Assembly (NCBI GenBank): GCA_020346245.1
Contig: CP070778.1
Location: 2,250,070 to 2,314,069, forward strand
Reading direction: 5' to 3'
Source: Flavobacteriaceae bacterium
Lineage (GTDB): Bacteria > Bacteroidota > Bacteroidia > Flavobacteriales > Flavobacteriaceae
DNA length: 64,000 nucleotides
Shown: one piece after another, positions 47,528 to 55,953 of the stretch
How the letters are laid out: each line of letters starts with the position of its first letter
Position numbering within the stretch: position 1 is the first letter of the stretch
Made by a program: the position numbers and the translations under genes
The notes under the pieces: model-generated
The model's input: the letters and a program-made list of their open reading frames with translations, nothing else
Told to the model about the DNA's origin: nothing
The model's database searches: none

Positions 47528-48844
47528 ATGAACCAAAACAAGAATAACAAAAAACTGGGGTTATGGATGAGCACATCTCTGGTAATCGGGAATATGATTG
47601 GAGCAGGTGTTTTTTTAATGCCGGCAGCCCTGGCAGCTTACGGCGGAATTAGTATTCTTGGTTGGCTGGCCTCCTCATTGGGTACTTTTGTACTGGCTCT
47701 GGTTTTTAGTAAACTCAGTAAATTATTCCTGGATAAAGCCGGTGGACCCTATGCCTATACAAGCGTCGGCTTTGGTGAATTCGCGGCGTTTTTGGTAGCC
47801 TGGGGGTATTGGATCTCCACCTGGATTGGAATGGCAGTATTAGCTATTGCCTTTGTAAGTGCTTTGAGTATATTGTTCCCGATATTGGGGAATAATCCGT
47901 TGGTTTCTGTCCTAACGGGACTAAGTGCTATTTGGCTGCTCACCTGGATAAACTCCAGAGGGGTCAGGCAATCAGGAAGAATACAGGTTGTGACAACCTT
48001 ACTTAAATTAACCCCTATAGTAATGATTATAGTTGGAGGCTTTTTCTTTTTTAATATTGACAACTTTATACCTTTTAATGTAAGTAATTCATCAAATTTT
48101 GAAGCTATTGCTATAACCTCAACCATGACGCTCTATGCTTTCTTGGGGTTTGAAAGTGCAACTATTCCCTCAGATAACGTAAAAGACCCCGGTAAGACCA
48201 TTCCCAGAGCCACTATCTTAGGAACATTAATAACCACTATGGTTTATATATTGGGAACAGCAGCAGTCATGGGGATGGTGCCACTTCAGCAACTTGAGAT
48301 CTCTCCGGCACCATTTGCAGATGCCATGGGGGTTATGACCGGAGAACTGGGACGTGGGCTAGTAGCCGGTGGAGCAGCAATCGCTGCTTTTGGTGCCCTT
48401 AATGGATGGACCTTAATTGTTGGTCAATTGCCAAAGGCCATTGCAAAAGACAAACTTTTTCCCGGAATTTTTAAAAAAGAAAACAAAAAGGGTGTTCCAG
48501 TTTATGGAATGCTCATAGGCAGTGCTTTGGCTTCTGCAGTAATGTTAATGAACTATACCGAAGGCCTGGTAGAACAATTCAGGTTTCTAATTTTACTGGG
48601 CACCATGATTGCCGTAGTTCCATATCTCTTTACGGCTGCCGCCTATGTAAGCATCCTTTTAGAAAAAAAATTGCCTTCCCAACCATGGCTGGGAATTTAT
48701 GGTATGGGGAGTCTGGCTTTTTCTTACTCCCTCTGGACCATATTCGGCGCAGGGGAAAAGTCAGTATTTTGGGGTTTTATTCTGTTACTATTAGGGATAC
48801 CCTTTTATGTATTTGTTAAATGGAAAAATAAAGACTCAACCTAA
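47528..48844 (+). CDS. APC family amino acid permease (AdiC/PotE-like)
   Basis: GNMIGAGVF, GGPYAY and GFESA...VKDP..TIPRA motifs; about 12 TM helices. Confidence 0.92.
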   Translation: MNQNKNNKKLGLWMSTSLVIGNMIGAGVFLMPAALAAYGGISILGWLASSLGTFVLALVFSKLSKLFLDKAGGPYAYTSVGFGEFAAFLVAWGYWISTWIGMAVLAIAFVSALSILFPILGNNPLVSVLTGLSAIWLLTWINSRGVRQSGRIQVVTTLLKLTPIVMIIVGGFFFFNIDNFIPFNVSNSSNFEAIAITSTMTLYAFLGFESATIPSDNVKDPGKTIPRATILGTLITTMVYILGTAAVMGMVPLQQLEISPAPFADAMGVMTGELGRGLVAGGAAIAAFGALNGWTLIVGQLPKAIAKDKLFPGIFKKENKKGVPVYGMLIGSALASAVMLMNYTEGLVEQFRFLILLGTMIAVVPYLFTAAAYVSILLEKKLPSQPWLGIYGMGSLAFSYSLWTIFGAGEKSVFWGFILLLLGIPFYVFVKWKNKDST

Positions 48845-48851
48845 TAGTCAG

Positions 48852-49730
48852 ATGCAATACACCTGTCAGTCTGAATACAAAAAATTGGAACGTGTGTTCA
48901 TCAAAACCGTGGAGGAAGCGTTTACTAGCGAAGAGAAGCTAAATAAAGAATGGGCTGCCCATAATTACCTTTCCAAACCAGATCTGATCAGGGCAAAAGA
49001 GGAATATGAAGAATTTAAAAAGTTACTTGCTAAGAAAGTACCTCAAATAAGTTGTTTCCCCCAATCTGAATCTGTTACTATAGATTCCATTTATTGCCGT
49101 GATGCCAGCATAGCCACAGATCATGGCATGATTATTTGCAATATGGGAAAGCAAGCCCGGTCTATGGAACCAAAGGCACAAAAAGAATTCTTCCAAGCCA
49201 GTGATATTCCGGTTCTTGGTACTATAAAACCCCCGGGCACACTTGAAGGAGGTGATGTTGCATGGTTGAACAAAAATACATTGGCCGTAGGTCATACCTA
49301 CCGCACAAATTTATCAGGGATTAAACAATTAAAAGAACTGCTTTCTCCCTACAATATTGAAGTTTTGGTGGCGGAGCTTCCTCATTACAAAGGTCCTTCA
49401 GATGTCTTTCATTTAATGTCTATTTTAAGTCCGGTAGACAAGGACCTGGCAGTCGTTTATTCTCCTCTCATGCCCATTTCTTTCAGGAATGAACTACTGC
49501 ATCGTGGATTTACCCTCGTAGAGGTGCCAGAACAAGAATTCGAATCTATGGGTTGCAATGTGCTTGCTATTGCTCCAGGGGAATGTGTAATGGTAGCAGG
49601 AAATCCGCGTACCGAAAATGCATTGCGTAAAGCAGGGTGCAATGTTCATACTTATAAGGGGAAGGAAATAAGTTATAAAGGCGGGGGTGGTCCTACCTGC
49701 CTTACCCGACCAATTTACAGAACGGTTTAG
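48852..49730 (+). CDS. Pentein-fold amidinohydrolase (DDAH/arginine deiminase family)
   Basis: SEY..L, YCRD, LEGGD, RTN, HL and GGGPTCLT (catalytic Cys) motifs; ATG 48852 follows the permease stop. Confidence 0.87.
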   Translation: MQYTCQSEYKKLERVFIKTVEEAFTSEEKLNKEWAAHNYLSKPDLIRAKEEYEEFKKLLAKKVPQISCFPQSESVTIDSIYCRDASIATDHGMIICNMGKQARSMEPKAQKEFFQASDIPVLGTIKPPGTLEGGDVAWLNKNTLAVGHTYRTNLSGIKQLKELLSPYNIEVLVAELPHYKGPSDVFHLMSILSPVDKDLAVVYSPLMPISFRNELLHRGFTLVEVPEQEFESMGCNVLAIAPGECVMVAGNPRTENALRKAGCNVHTYKGKEISYKGGGGPTCLTRPIYRTV

Positions 49731-49732
49731 GC

Positions 49733-50446
49733 TTACATTTTAAGGTAGAACTCCTGAGTAAGCCGAATGTATTCCTCTGTATACCGGTGTCTTGACTTTT
49801 CAATAATCAGTTCACTTTTAATTACATCGGTTTTTTTGAATTGAAATTCCATAAAACTTCTTTTGACTTCGGAAGACGGATGCCCTTTTACATGCATTAA
49901 ATGCACGGGGTATAGTCCAAATTTTAAGGCTTCCTCTTGCACTCTCTTTTCTTCTTTAAAAGGAGTTACCAGTGCAAAAATGCCACTTTCAGAAAGCAGC
50001 TTAGAGACCCCTCTTAAAAGAAGGCCAAAAGGCAGGGAACTATTTTGCCGTGCCTGGTCCCTGGCCCTATTCCCACTAGAAAATTCTTCAGAATAAAAAG
50101 GTGGATTGGATATTATCAGGTCATATTTATCATCAACCTCATCCAGGAATTCATCAAGAGAAGCATGGTAGCAAAACAGCCTGTCCGCCCAGGGAGAGGC
50201 TTCGAAATTCTCAACGCATTGTTCAAAAGCATCCTCATCTATTTCAATGGCATCGATGCTCTCCGCTGAACATCTTTGAGCCATCATTAGCCCAATTACA
50301 CCTGTACCGGCACCAATATCCAAAACGGATTCAGGTGAATTAGAGATATTCGCCCAGGCCCCCAGTAAAACCCCATCCGTGCCAATCTTCATAGCACAGT
50401 GATCCTGGTAAATGGTAAATTGTTTAAACTTAAATGGTTTTCTCAT
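49733..50446 (-). CDS. yfiC: tRNA1(Val) adenine(37)-N6-methyltransferase
   Basis: FKFKQF, MKIGTDGVLLGAW, LDIGAGTG and SNPPFY motifs. Confidence 0.92.
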   Translation of the reverse strand: MRKPFKFKQFTIYQDHCAMKIGTDGVLLGAWANISNSPESVLDIGAGTGVIGLMMAQRCSAESIDAIEIDEDAFEQCVENFEASPWADRLFCYHASLDEFLDEVDDKYDLIISNPPFYSEEFSSGNRARDQARQNSSLPFGLLLRGVSKLLSESGIFALVTPFKEEKRVQEEALKFGLYPVHLMHVKGHPSSEVKRSFMEFQFKKTDVIKSELIIEKSRHRYTEEYIRLTQEFYLKM

Positions 50447-51876
50447 TCAATGGTACCTGCCGGTCTGTTATCCGTTCCTTCCATATCTTTCAAGGAATCC
50501 CCTAATTTATTTCGCATTGCATCTGCAAGCTGTTCTATTTCTTTCACAACCTCGGGATATTCAGCGGCTACATTCGTTATTTCGCCCAAGTCTTCCGAAA
50601 GGTCATAAAGTTCAATTTCATTTAAATCTAAATGCACATAATTGCCTGGAAGACCATCCTTTCCTGGCTGCTGACCTTCCATGGTTCTGTAATTATGCGG
50701 GAAATAAAGTTTCCATTTTCCGTATCGGACACCGTGAAGTTCATTCACACGGTAATAAAAATAATACGCCTCCTGCGGGCTCTCTTTACTATCTCCTTTA
50801 AGCAATTCCCAAATGCTTTTACCGTCAATAACAGCTTCAGGCAATTTTGAGTCGGTAATAGTTGCAATGGTAGGTAAGATATCTATGGCCATTACGGCAG
50901 CATCAATAGTACGGCCGCCTTTTAGCCCATCAGGATATCTCATAATAAATGGCTCTCTATGACCCCCTTCCCAGGCTGTACCCTTACCTTCGCGAAATGG
51001 CAAAGCACTTCCGGCATGATTTCCGTAGGACAACCAGGGACCGTTGTCCGAAGTAAAAATAACAACCGTATTTTCATCAAGATTATTGGTTTTTAAAGCA
51101 TTCAATATCTGCCCTACGGACCAATCAATCTCCATAATAACGTCGCCATATAATCCCCTCCCCGACTTTCCCCTGAATTTATCAGATACAAATAAAGGGA
51201 CATGGGGTTGCGGATGCGGCACATAAAGGAAGAAGGGGCGGTCTTTATTCCTGTTTATAAAATCTACACTACGTGCTGTAATTTGTGTTGTTAATTGAGA
51301 CTGGTTGGTTAAAGTGTCTATAATGGTTTCATTCTCATATAAAGGTAAAGGTCCAAAGTTAAACACAGGCCCCTGTTGCGGATGAAAGGGCCACATATCG
51401 TTGGAATAGGGTATACCAAAATATTCATCAAAACCGTGCTTGGTCGGTAAAAAATCCGGATGGTCCCCTAAATGCCATTTCCCAAAAATACCAGTAGCAT
51501 ACCCTATTGATCTAAGCATTTCTGCAATTGTTATTTCAGAAGGATTTAATCCAATTTTACTATCCGGCATGAAGGCATTGTGAATCCCAATACGATTGGG
51601 ATAACAACCTGTTAGCAGCCCTGCTCTTGAGGCAGAGCATACGGCTTGGGCAGCATAAAAACTAGTTAATTTAACCCCTTCCCGGGCCATCTGATCCAGA
51701 TTTGGTGTAGGGATGTCTTTTGCCCCAAATATACCTACATCCTGATAACCCTGATCATCCGTAAAAATCAGGACTATATTGGGAGGTTTCCTTTCTCTGG
51801 AAAGGGTTTCTTCTGTTTTTTGTTTGCAGCCTGCTAAAAAAAGGATCAGGATACTCATAGCAAGGTTACGAAGCAT
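50443..51876 (-). CDS. Formylglycine-dependent (S1) sulfatase, lipoprotein
   Basis: Lipobox LAGC; DDQG, CSASRAGLLTG, GKWHLG and SDNG motifs. Confidence 0.93.
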   Translation of the reverse strand: MLRNLAMSILILFLAGCKQKTEETLSRERKPPNIVLIFTDDQGYQDVGIFGAKDIPTPNLDQMAREGVKLTSFYAAQAVCSASRAGLLTGCYPNRIGIHNAFMPDSKIGLNPSEITIAEMLRSIGYATGIFGKWHLGDHPDFLPTKHGFDEYFGIPYSNDMWPFHPQQGPVFNFGPLPLYENETIIDTLTNQSQLTTQITARSVDFINRNKDRPFFLYVPHPQPHVPLFVSDKFRGKSGRGLYGDVIMEIDWSVGQILNALKTNNLDENTVVIFTSDNGPWLSYGNHAGSALPFREGKGTAWEGGHREPFIMRYPDGLKGGRTIDAAVMAIDILPTIATITDSKLPEAVIDGKSIWELLKGDSKESPQEAYYFYYRVNELHGVRYGKWKLYFPHNYRTMEGQQPGKDGLPGNYVHLDLNEIELYDLSEDLGEITNVAAEYPEVVKEIEQLADAMRNKLGDSLKDMEGTDNRPAGTIE

Positions 51877-51999
51877 GAATATGGTGATTTTTCAAAATTC
51901 TGTTATGTAAAGTTCTATTAAATACTTGTAAGTTGGGCTGAATATAATTAATTTTCCTTCATCAGGTATAGTGTTCAAAGCTTGTTATAAATCTAAAGT

Positions 52000-54798
52000 A
52001 TGCTAACTAAAATATCCAGGAATTTAAAAATCCTGGCCCAAAATTCTTTTTCCCTGTTATTACTTATTGTTTTTGCAATACAGGGCTGCAAACCAAAAAA
52101 TGAAGGGCCTCACCCGGTTGAAATTGTGATTGGTTCCATGTCGGACACCTTGCCTGTTTTAAGTATTCCTGAGGATGAAGACCCGGAAAGTGAAAACTGG
52201 AAGGGTATTGACCTGGACCCTAAACCTCCGGTACTCCCTTTATATCCGGATGAAGAAGCCAGTCACTTTCTATTACCTCCGGGATATAAAATAGAACCTA
52301 TCCTTACAGAACCTGAGATAGAACAGCCGGGGGCCATTTCCTTTGATGGAAACGGACGAATGTATGTATTGGAATTACGAACATATATGTTAACCGCTGA
52401 TTCTGACGGAACCCTGGAACCGGTGAGTAGAATTTCTCGCTGGGAGGACAGAGACAAGGACGGAACATATGAAACCGGGGGTGTTTTTGTAGACAGCTTA
52501 ATCTTTCCCAGATTTGTACTCCCCTATGGAAAAGATGCTGTATTAACCATGAATTCAGATGAAGATAATGTGTATAAATACTCAGATACCAATGGGGATG
52601 GCAAAGCAGACAAAAAAGAATTTTTTACCAATAAATATGGTCGCTCTGGTAATGTAGAGCATCAGCAGGCTTTTATGTATTGGGGTATGGATAATTGGTT
52701 GTACAGTACTGTAAATGCTTTCAGGGTTAAAGAAACTCCGGGTGGCGTAATTCGCGAAAAAACCGGTTACAATAGGGCACAGTGGGGTATTACACATGAT
52801 GATGATGGGAAGCTTTGGTTTCTAGGTGGGGCCAGTGGTGTGCCTTCCTATTTTCAGTTCCCTATTCACTATGGTACTTTTAAAGTTGAAAATCAATTTG
52901 CCGAAGGTTTCGAAGTCCCCTGGGGTGCACCGGTAAAAATTGCTGATATGCAAGGTGGTATGGATGAGGTTCGCCAGCCCGACGGCTCATTGAATAGGGT
53001 GACCGGGTCCGCCGGCAACGATATTTATCGGGGAGACAGATTACCTGCAGAATTGTACGGCCAATTGTTTTACGGAGAGCCGGTGGCACGAATAGTACGT
53101 CAGATAAACCCGGTTGTAACGGAAGGGCTTACTAAACTGCACAATGTTTATCAGGATGAAAAATCTGAATTCCTTAGGAGTACAGATCCGCTGTTCAGGC
53201 CTGTAGATATGGCTACTGCTCCGGATGGTACAATGTATGTGGTAGATATGTATCACGGAATCATACAGGAGGGCCAATGGGCACAAAAAGGAACATATCT
53301 GCGTACAAAAATTGAACAATACCAATTAGATAAAGTGATAGGCCTGGGCCGTATATGGCGAATTACCCATGAAGATACCCCTCGTGATAAAACTGTGCCC
53401 AGAATGTATGAAGAAAACCCTTCGGAACTGGTAAAACATCTGGAACACCCTAATGGTTGGTGGCGTGATAAAGCACAACAACTTATTGTTATGTCGCAAG
53501 ATAGAAGTGTGGTACCAGAGCTTGAACAAATGGTACGGGAGAGCAATAACCTTTTGGCACGTTTTCATGCATTGTGGAGTTTGGAAGGATTAGGTGCATT
53601 AGATAGAATGTTGGTACGTCAAATGTTTAAAGACCAAAATCACCGACTGCGAATACAGGCCCTTCGTGCAAGTGAAACTTTATATAAAGGAGGTGATAAG
53701 GAACTGGCAAAAGACTACAGACTATTGATGAAAGATACGAACGTAGATGTTGCAATGCAGGCTATGCTAACTGCCAACATAACAAAGATTCCTGCTTTAG
53801 AGGAGGAGATTACTGCATTGATGGCATCTAATAAGGCGCGGGGGATACAAGTGTTGGGTGATCAGATTCTGAATCCGGTTGAACTAAAGGGCTGGATGAT
53901 AGATACTGGCCCCGAATTAACCGCCACACAACAGGAGCAAATGGAAAGGGGATCCATCATTTTTAATGAACTATGCGTACAGTGTCATGGTCTTGATGGC
54001 GCGGGCACCTCTTTAGGCAACGGAACCGTAATGGCACCTTCACTAAGAGGGTCTCCAAGGGTTCAGTCGCATCCGGAATATGTCATAAAAACACTCCTGC
54101 ATGGGTTGGAAGGGCCTTTAGAAGGACAGACTTATCCTGGAGGACTCATGGTGGGAATGGGTGATCAGTCGGATGATTGGATTGCCGATATAGCCAGCTA
54201 CATTCGTGTGAATTTGACCAATGAAGCTTCAATTGTTTCACCGGAACAGGTGGCAGAGGTTCGTTTAGAAAGCAACGCACAAAAAGGACCTTACCTTTTC
54301 GAGGAATTATTGGCTTCTGTGCCCCAAATCCTGGTTCCAACTGACCATTGGAAGGTAAGCGCCAGTCATACAAAACCTTCGCGTATTGGAGGTACGGCTT
54401 CCCCGTCTAGTGCATTTAATTTTGAAGGATGGACAACAGGCGAAAGACAAAGCAAAGGCATGTGGTATGAGATTGAATTTCCTGATGTTAACACCATAAC
54501 TGAAATACATTTTAATTCCCCTCCCAAAAGACGAGGAAATTACAGGGATCGTATACCTCCTTATCAGAGCTATCCCAGATCCTACGAAGTACAGGTTTCA
54601 ATGGATGGGACTCAATGGGATACTATTGATTCCGGGGAATGCGATTCCGCGGATACCGTACTATCTTTTGCACCAAGTAAAACCAAATTCCTGCGATTTG
54701 TCTTAACTGACAATTTAGAGGAAGAAGGGGAAATTCCCTGGTCAATGCGACAACTGAAAATATTTGGTATACTTCATAACGAAAAGTTGATAAACTAA
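52000..54798 (+). CDS. Lipoprotein with dehydrogenase-like beta-propeller, HEAT repeats, cytochrome c and C-terminal discoidin (F5/8C-like) domain
   Basis: Lipobox IQGC; FRPVDMATAPDG, WRDKAQQ, HALWSLEG, CVQCH and W..IEF...YEVQVS.DG..W motifs. Confidence 0.8.
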   Translation: MLTKISRNLKILAQNSFSLLLLIVFAIQGCKPKNEGPHPVEIVIGSMSDTLPVLSIPEDEDPESENWKGIDLDPKPPVLPLYPDEEASHFLLPPGYKIEPILTEPEIEQPGAISFDGNGRMYVLELRTYMLTADSDGTLEPVSRISRWEDRDKDGTYETGGVFVDSLIFPRFVLPYGKDAVLTMNSDEDNVYKYSDTNGDGKADKKEFFTNKYGRSGNVEHQQAFMYWGMDNWLYSTVNAFRVKETPGGVIREKTGYNRAQWGITHDDDGKLWFLGGASGVPSYFQFPIHYGTFKVENQFAEGFEVPWGAPVKIADMQGGMDEVRQPDGSLNRVTGSAGNDIYRGDRLPAELYGQLFYGEPVARIVRQINPVVTEGLTKLHNVYQDEKSEFLRSTDPLFRPVDMATAPDGTMYVVDMYHGIIQEGQWAQKGTYLRTKIEQYQLDKVIGLGRIWRITHEDTPRDKTVPRMYEENPSELVKHLEHPNGWWRDKAQQLIVMSQDRSVVPELEQMVRESNNLLARFHALWSLEGLGALDRMLVRQMFKDQNHRLRIQALRASETLYKGGDKELAKDYRLLMKDTNVDVAMQAMLTANITKIPALEEEITALMASNKARGIQVLGDQILNPVELKGWMIDTGPELTATQQEQMERGSIIFNELCVQCHGLDGAGTSLGNGTVMAPSLRGSPRVQSHPEYVIKTLLHGLEGPLEGQTYPGGLMVGMGDQSDDWIADIASYIRVNLTNEASIVSPEQVAEVRLESNAQKGPYLFEELLASVPQILVPTDHWKVSASHTKPSRIGGTASPSSAFNFEGWTTGERQSKGMWYEIEFPDVNTITEIHFNSPPKRRGNYRDRIPPYQSYPRSYEVQVSMDGTQWDTIDSGECDSADTVLSFAPSKTKFLRFVLTDNLEEEGEIPWSMRQLKIFGILHNEKLIN

Positions 54799-54821
54799 AA
54801 TAACGCTTAACGAACAACATT

Positions 54822-55868
54822 ATGAAAAATAAAAAAAGCAATTACAGCAGAAGAAGGTTTCTTGGTACTACTGCGACTTTTGCAGCCGGTGCTGCCATCA
54901 CGGGCCCCTCCCTTCTTGCAGCTCCGTCTAAACTACAAAACAGCTACCGGCCAAATTCAATACTAAACGGGGTACAGATTGGTGTAATCACCTATTCTTT
55001 CAGGAGTATGCCCGATCAAAGTGCCGAGGCCACCTTAAAGTACATATTGGATTGTGGAATCAGTGCCATTGAACTTATGGGAGATCCGGCCGAGTCCTTT
55101 GCAGGGAAACCGGAAAACCCGGTTAACCGTGGTGCCTATTACTCTTTAATGAGATCTAAACGCAGAGGAGAAGTGCTTAGCCGTGCGCAGGAAAAAGAGT
55201 TGGGAGAAATGGAGGAAAAAACGGCAGCGTACAACAAAGAAGTTGCACAATGGCGTTCAACGGTATCCATGGACAAATTCGAAGAACTCAGAAAGATGTA
55301 TAATGATGCCGGGGTTACCATTTATGCTTTTAAACCCAGGGCCTTTGGAAAGGACAATACGGACGACGAAATTAATTGGGGAATGCGGGCAGCGAAAACT
55401 TTAGGAGCCAGCCATGTAACCCTGGAGCACCCGGATGATGATATGCATACCCAAAAACTTGGAGCTATGGCAAAAAAACATGGCATTTCTGTAGCCTACC
55501 ATGGTCATGAACAACAAACACCCACTTTTTGGGATACGGCATTAAAACAATCCAAGAACAATGCATTGAACCTGGATCTGGGCCATTATGTAGCGGCCGG
55601 AAATAAAGCCCCGCTGGAAATTATAAAGAGCAAACATAAACGGATAATGAGCATGCACACCAAAGATCGACAAACACCGGAGCATGGCAAAGGGAATCTT
55701 CCCTGGGGAACCGGAGATACTCCTATAACCCAGGCCCTTCAATTAATCAGGGATAACAAATATGAATTTCCCGTAACCATAGAACTGGAATACGATATCC
55801 CCGAAGGCTCAAATGCTGTAGAGGAGGTTAAAAAGTGTCTGGAGTATTGTAAAATGTCTCTGGCTTAA
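54822..55868 (+). CDS. Sugar phosphate isomerase/epimerase (AP2/xylose isomerase-like TIM barrel) with Tat signal
   Basis: SRRRFLG, QIGVITYSFR, DLGH, HTKD and IELEY motifs. Confidence 0.88.
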   Translation: MKNKKSNYSRRRFLGTTATFAAGAAITGPSLLAAPSKLQNSYRPNSILNGVQIGVITYSFRSMPDQSAEATLKYILDCGISAIELMGDPAESFAGKPENPVNRGAYYSLMRSKRRGEVLSRAQEKELGEMEEKTAAYNKEVAQWRSTVSMDKFEELRKMYNDAGVTIYAFKPRAFGKDNTDDEINWGMRAAKTLGASHVTLEHPDDDMHTQKLGAMAKKHGISVAYHGHEQQTPTFWDTALKQSKNNALNLDLGHYVAAGNKAPLEIIKSKHKRIMSMHTKDRQTPEHGKGNLPWGTGDTPITQALQLIRDNKYEFPVTIELEYDIPEGSNAVEEVKKCLEYCKMSLA

Positions 55869-55953
55869 AATGCCTTTAAATTCATCCCTGCCAAAACAAT
55901 TTTGAAAAACCCATTTCCTGATCGATTAATTTGAAACTTTAAGTTTAAGTTCT

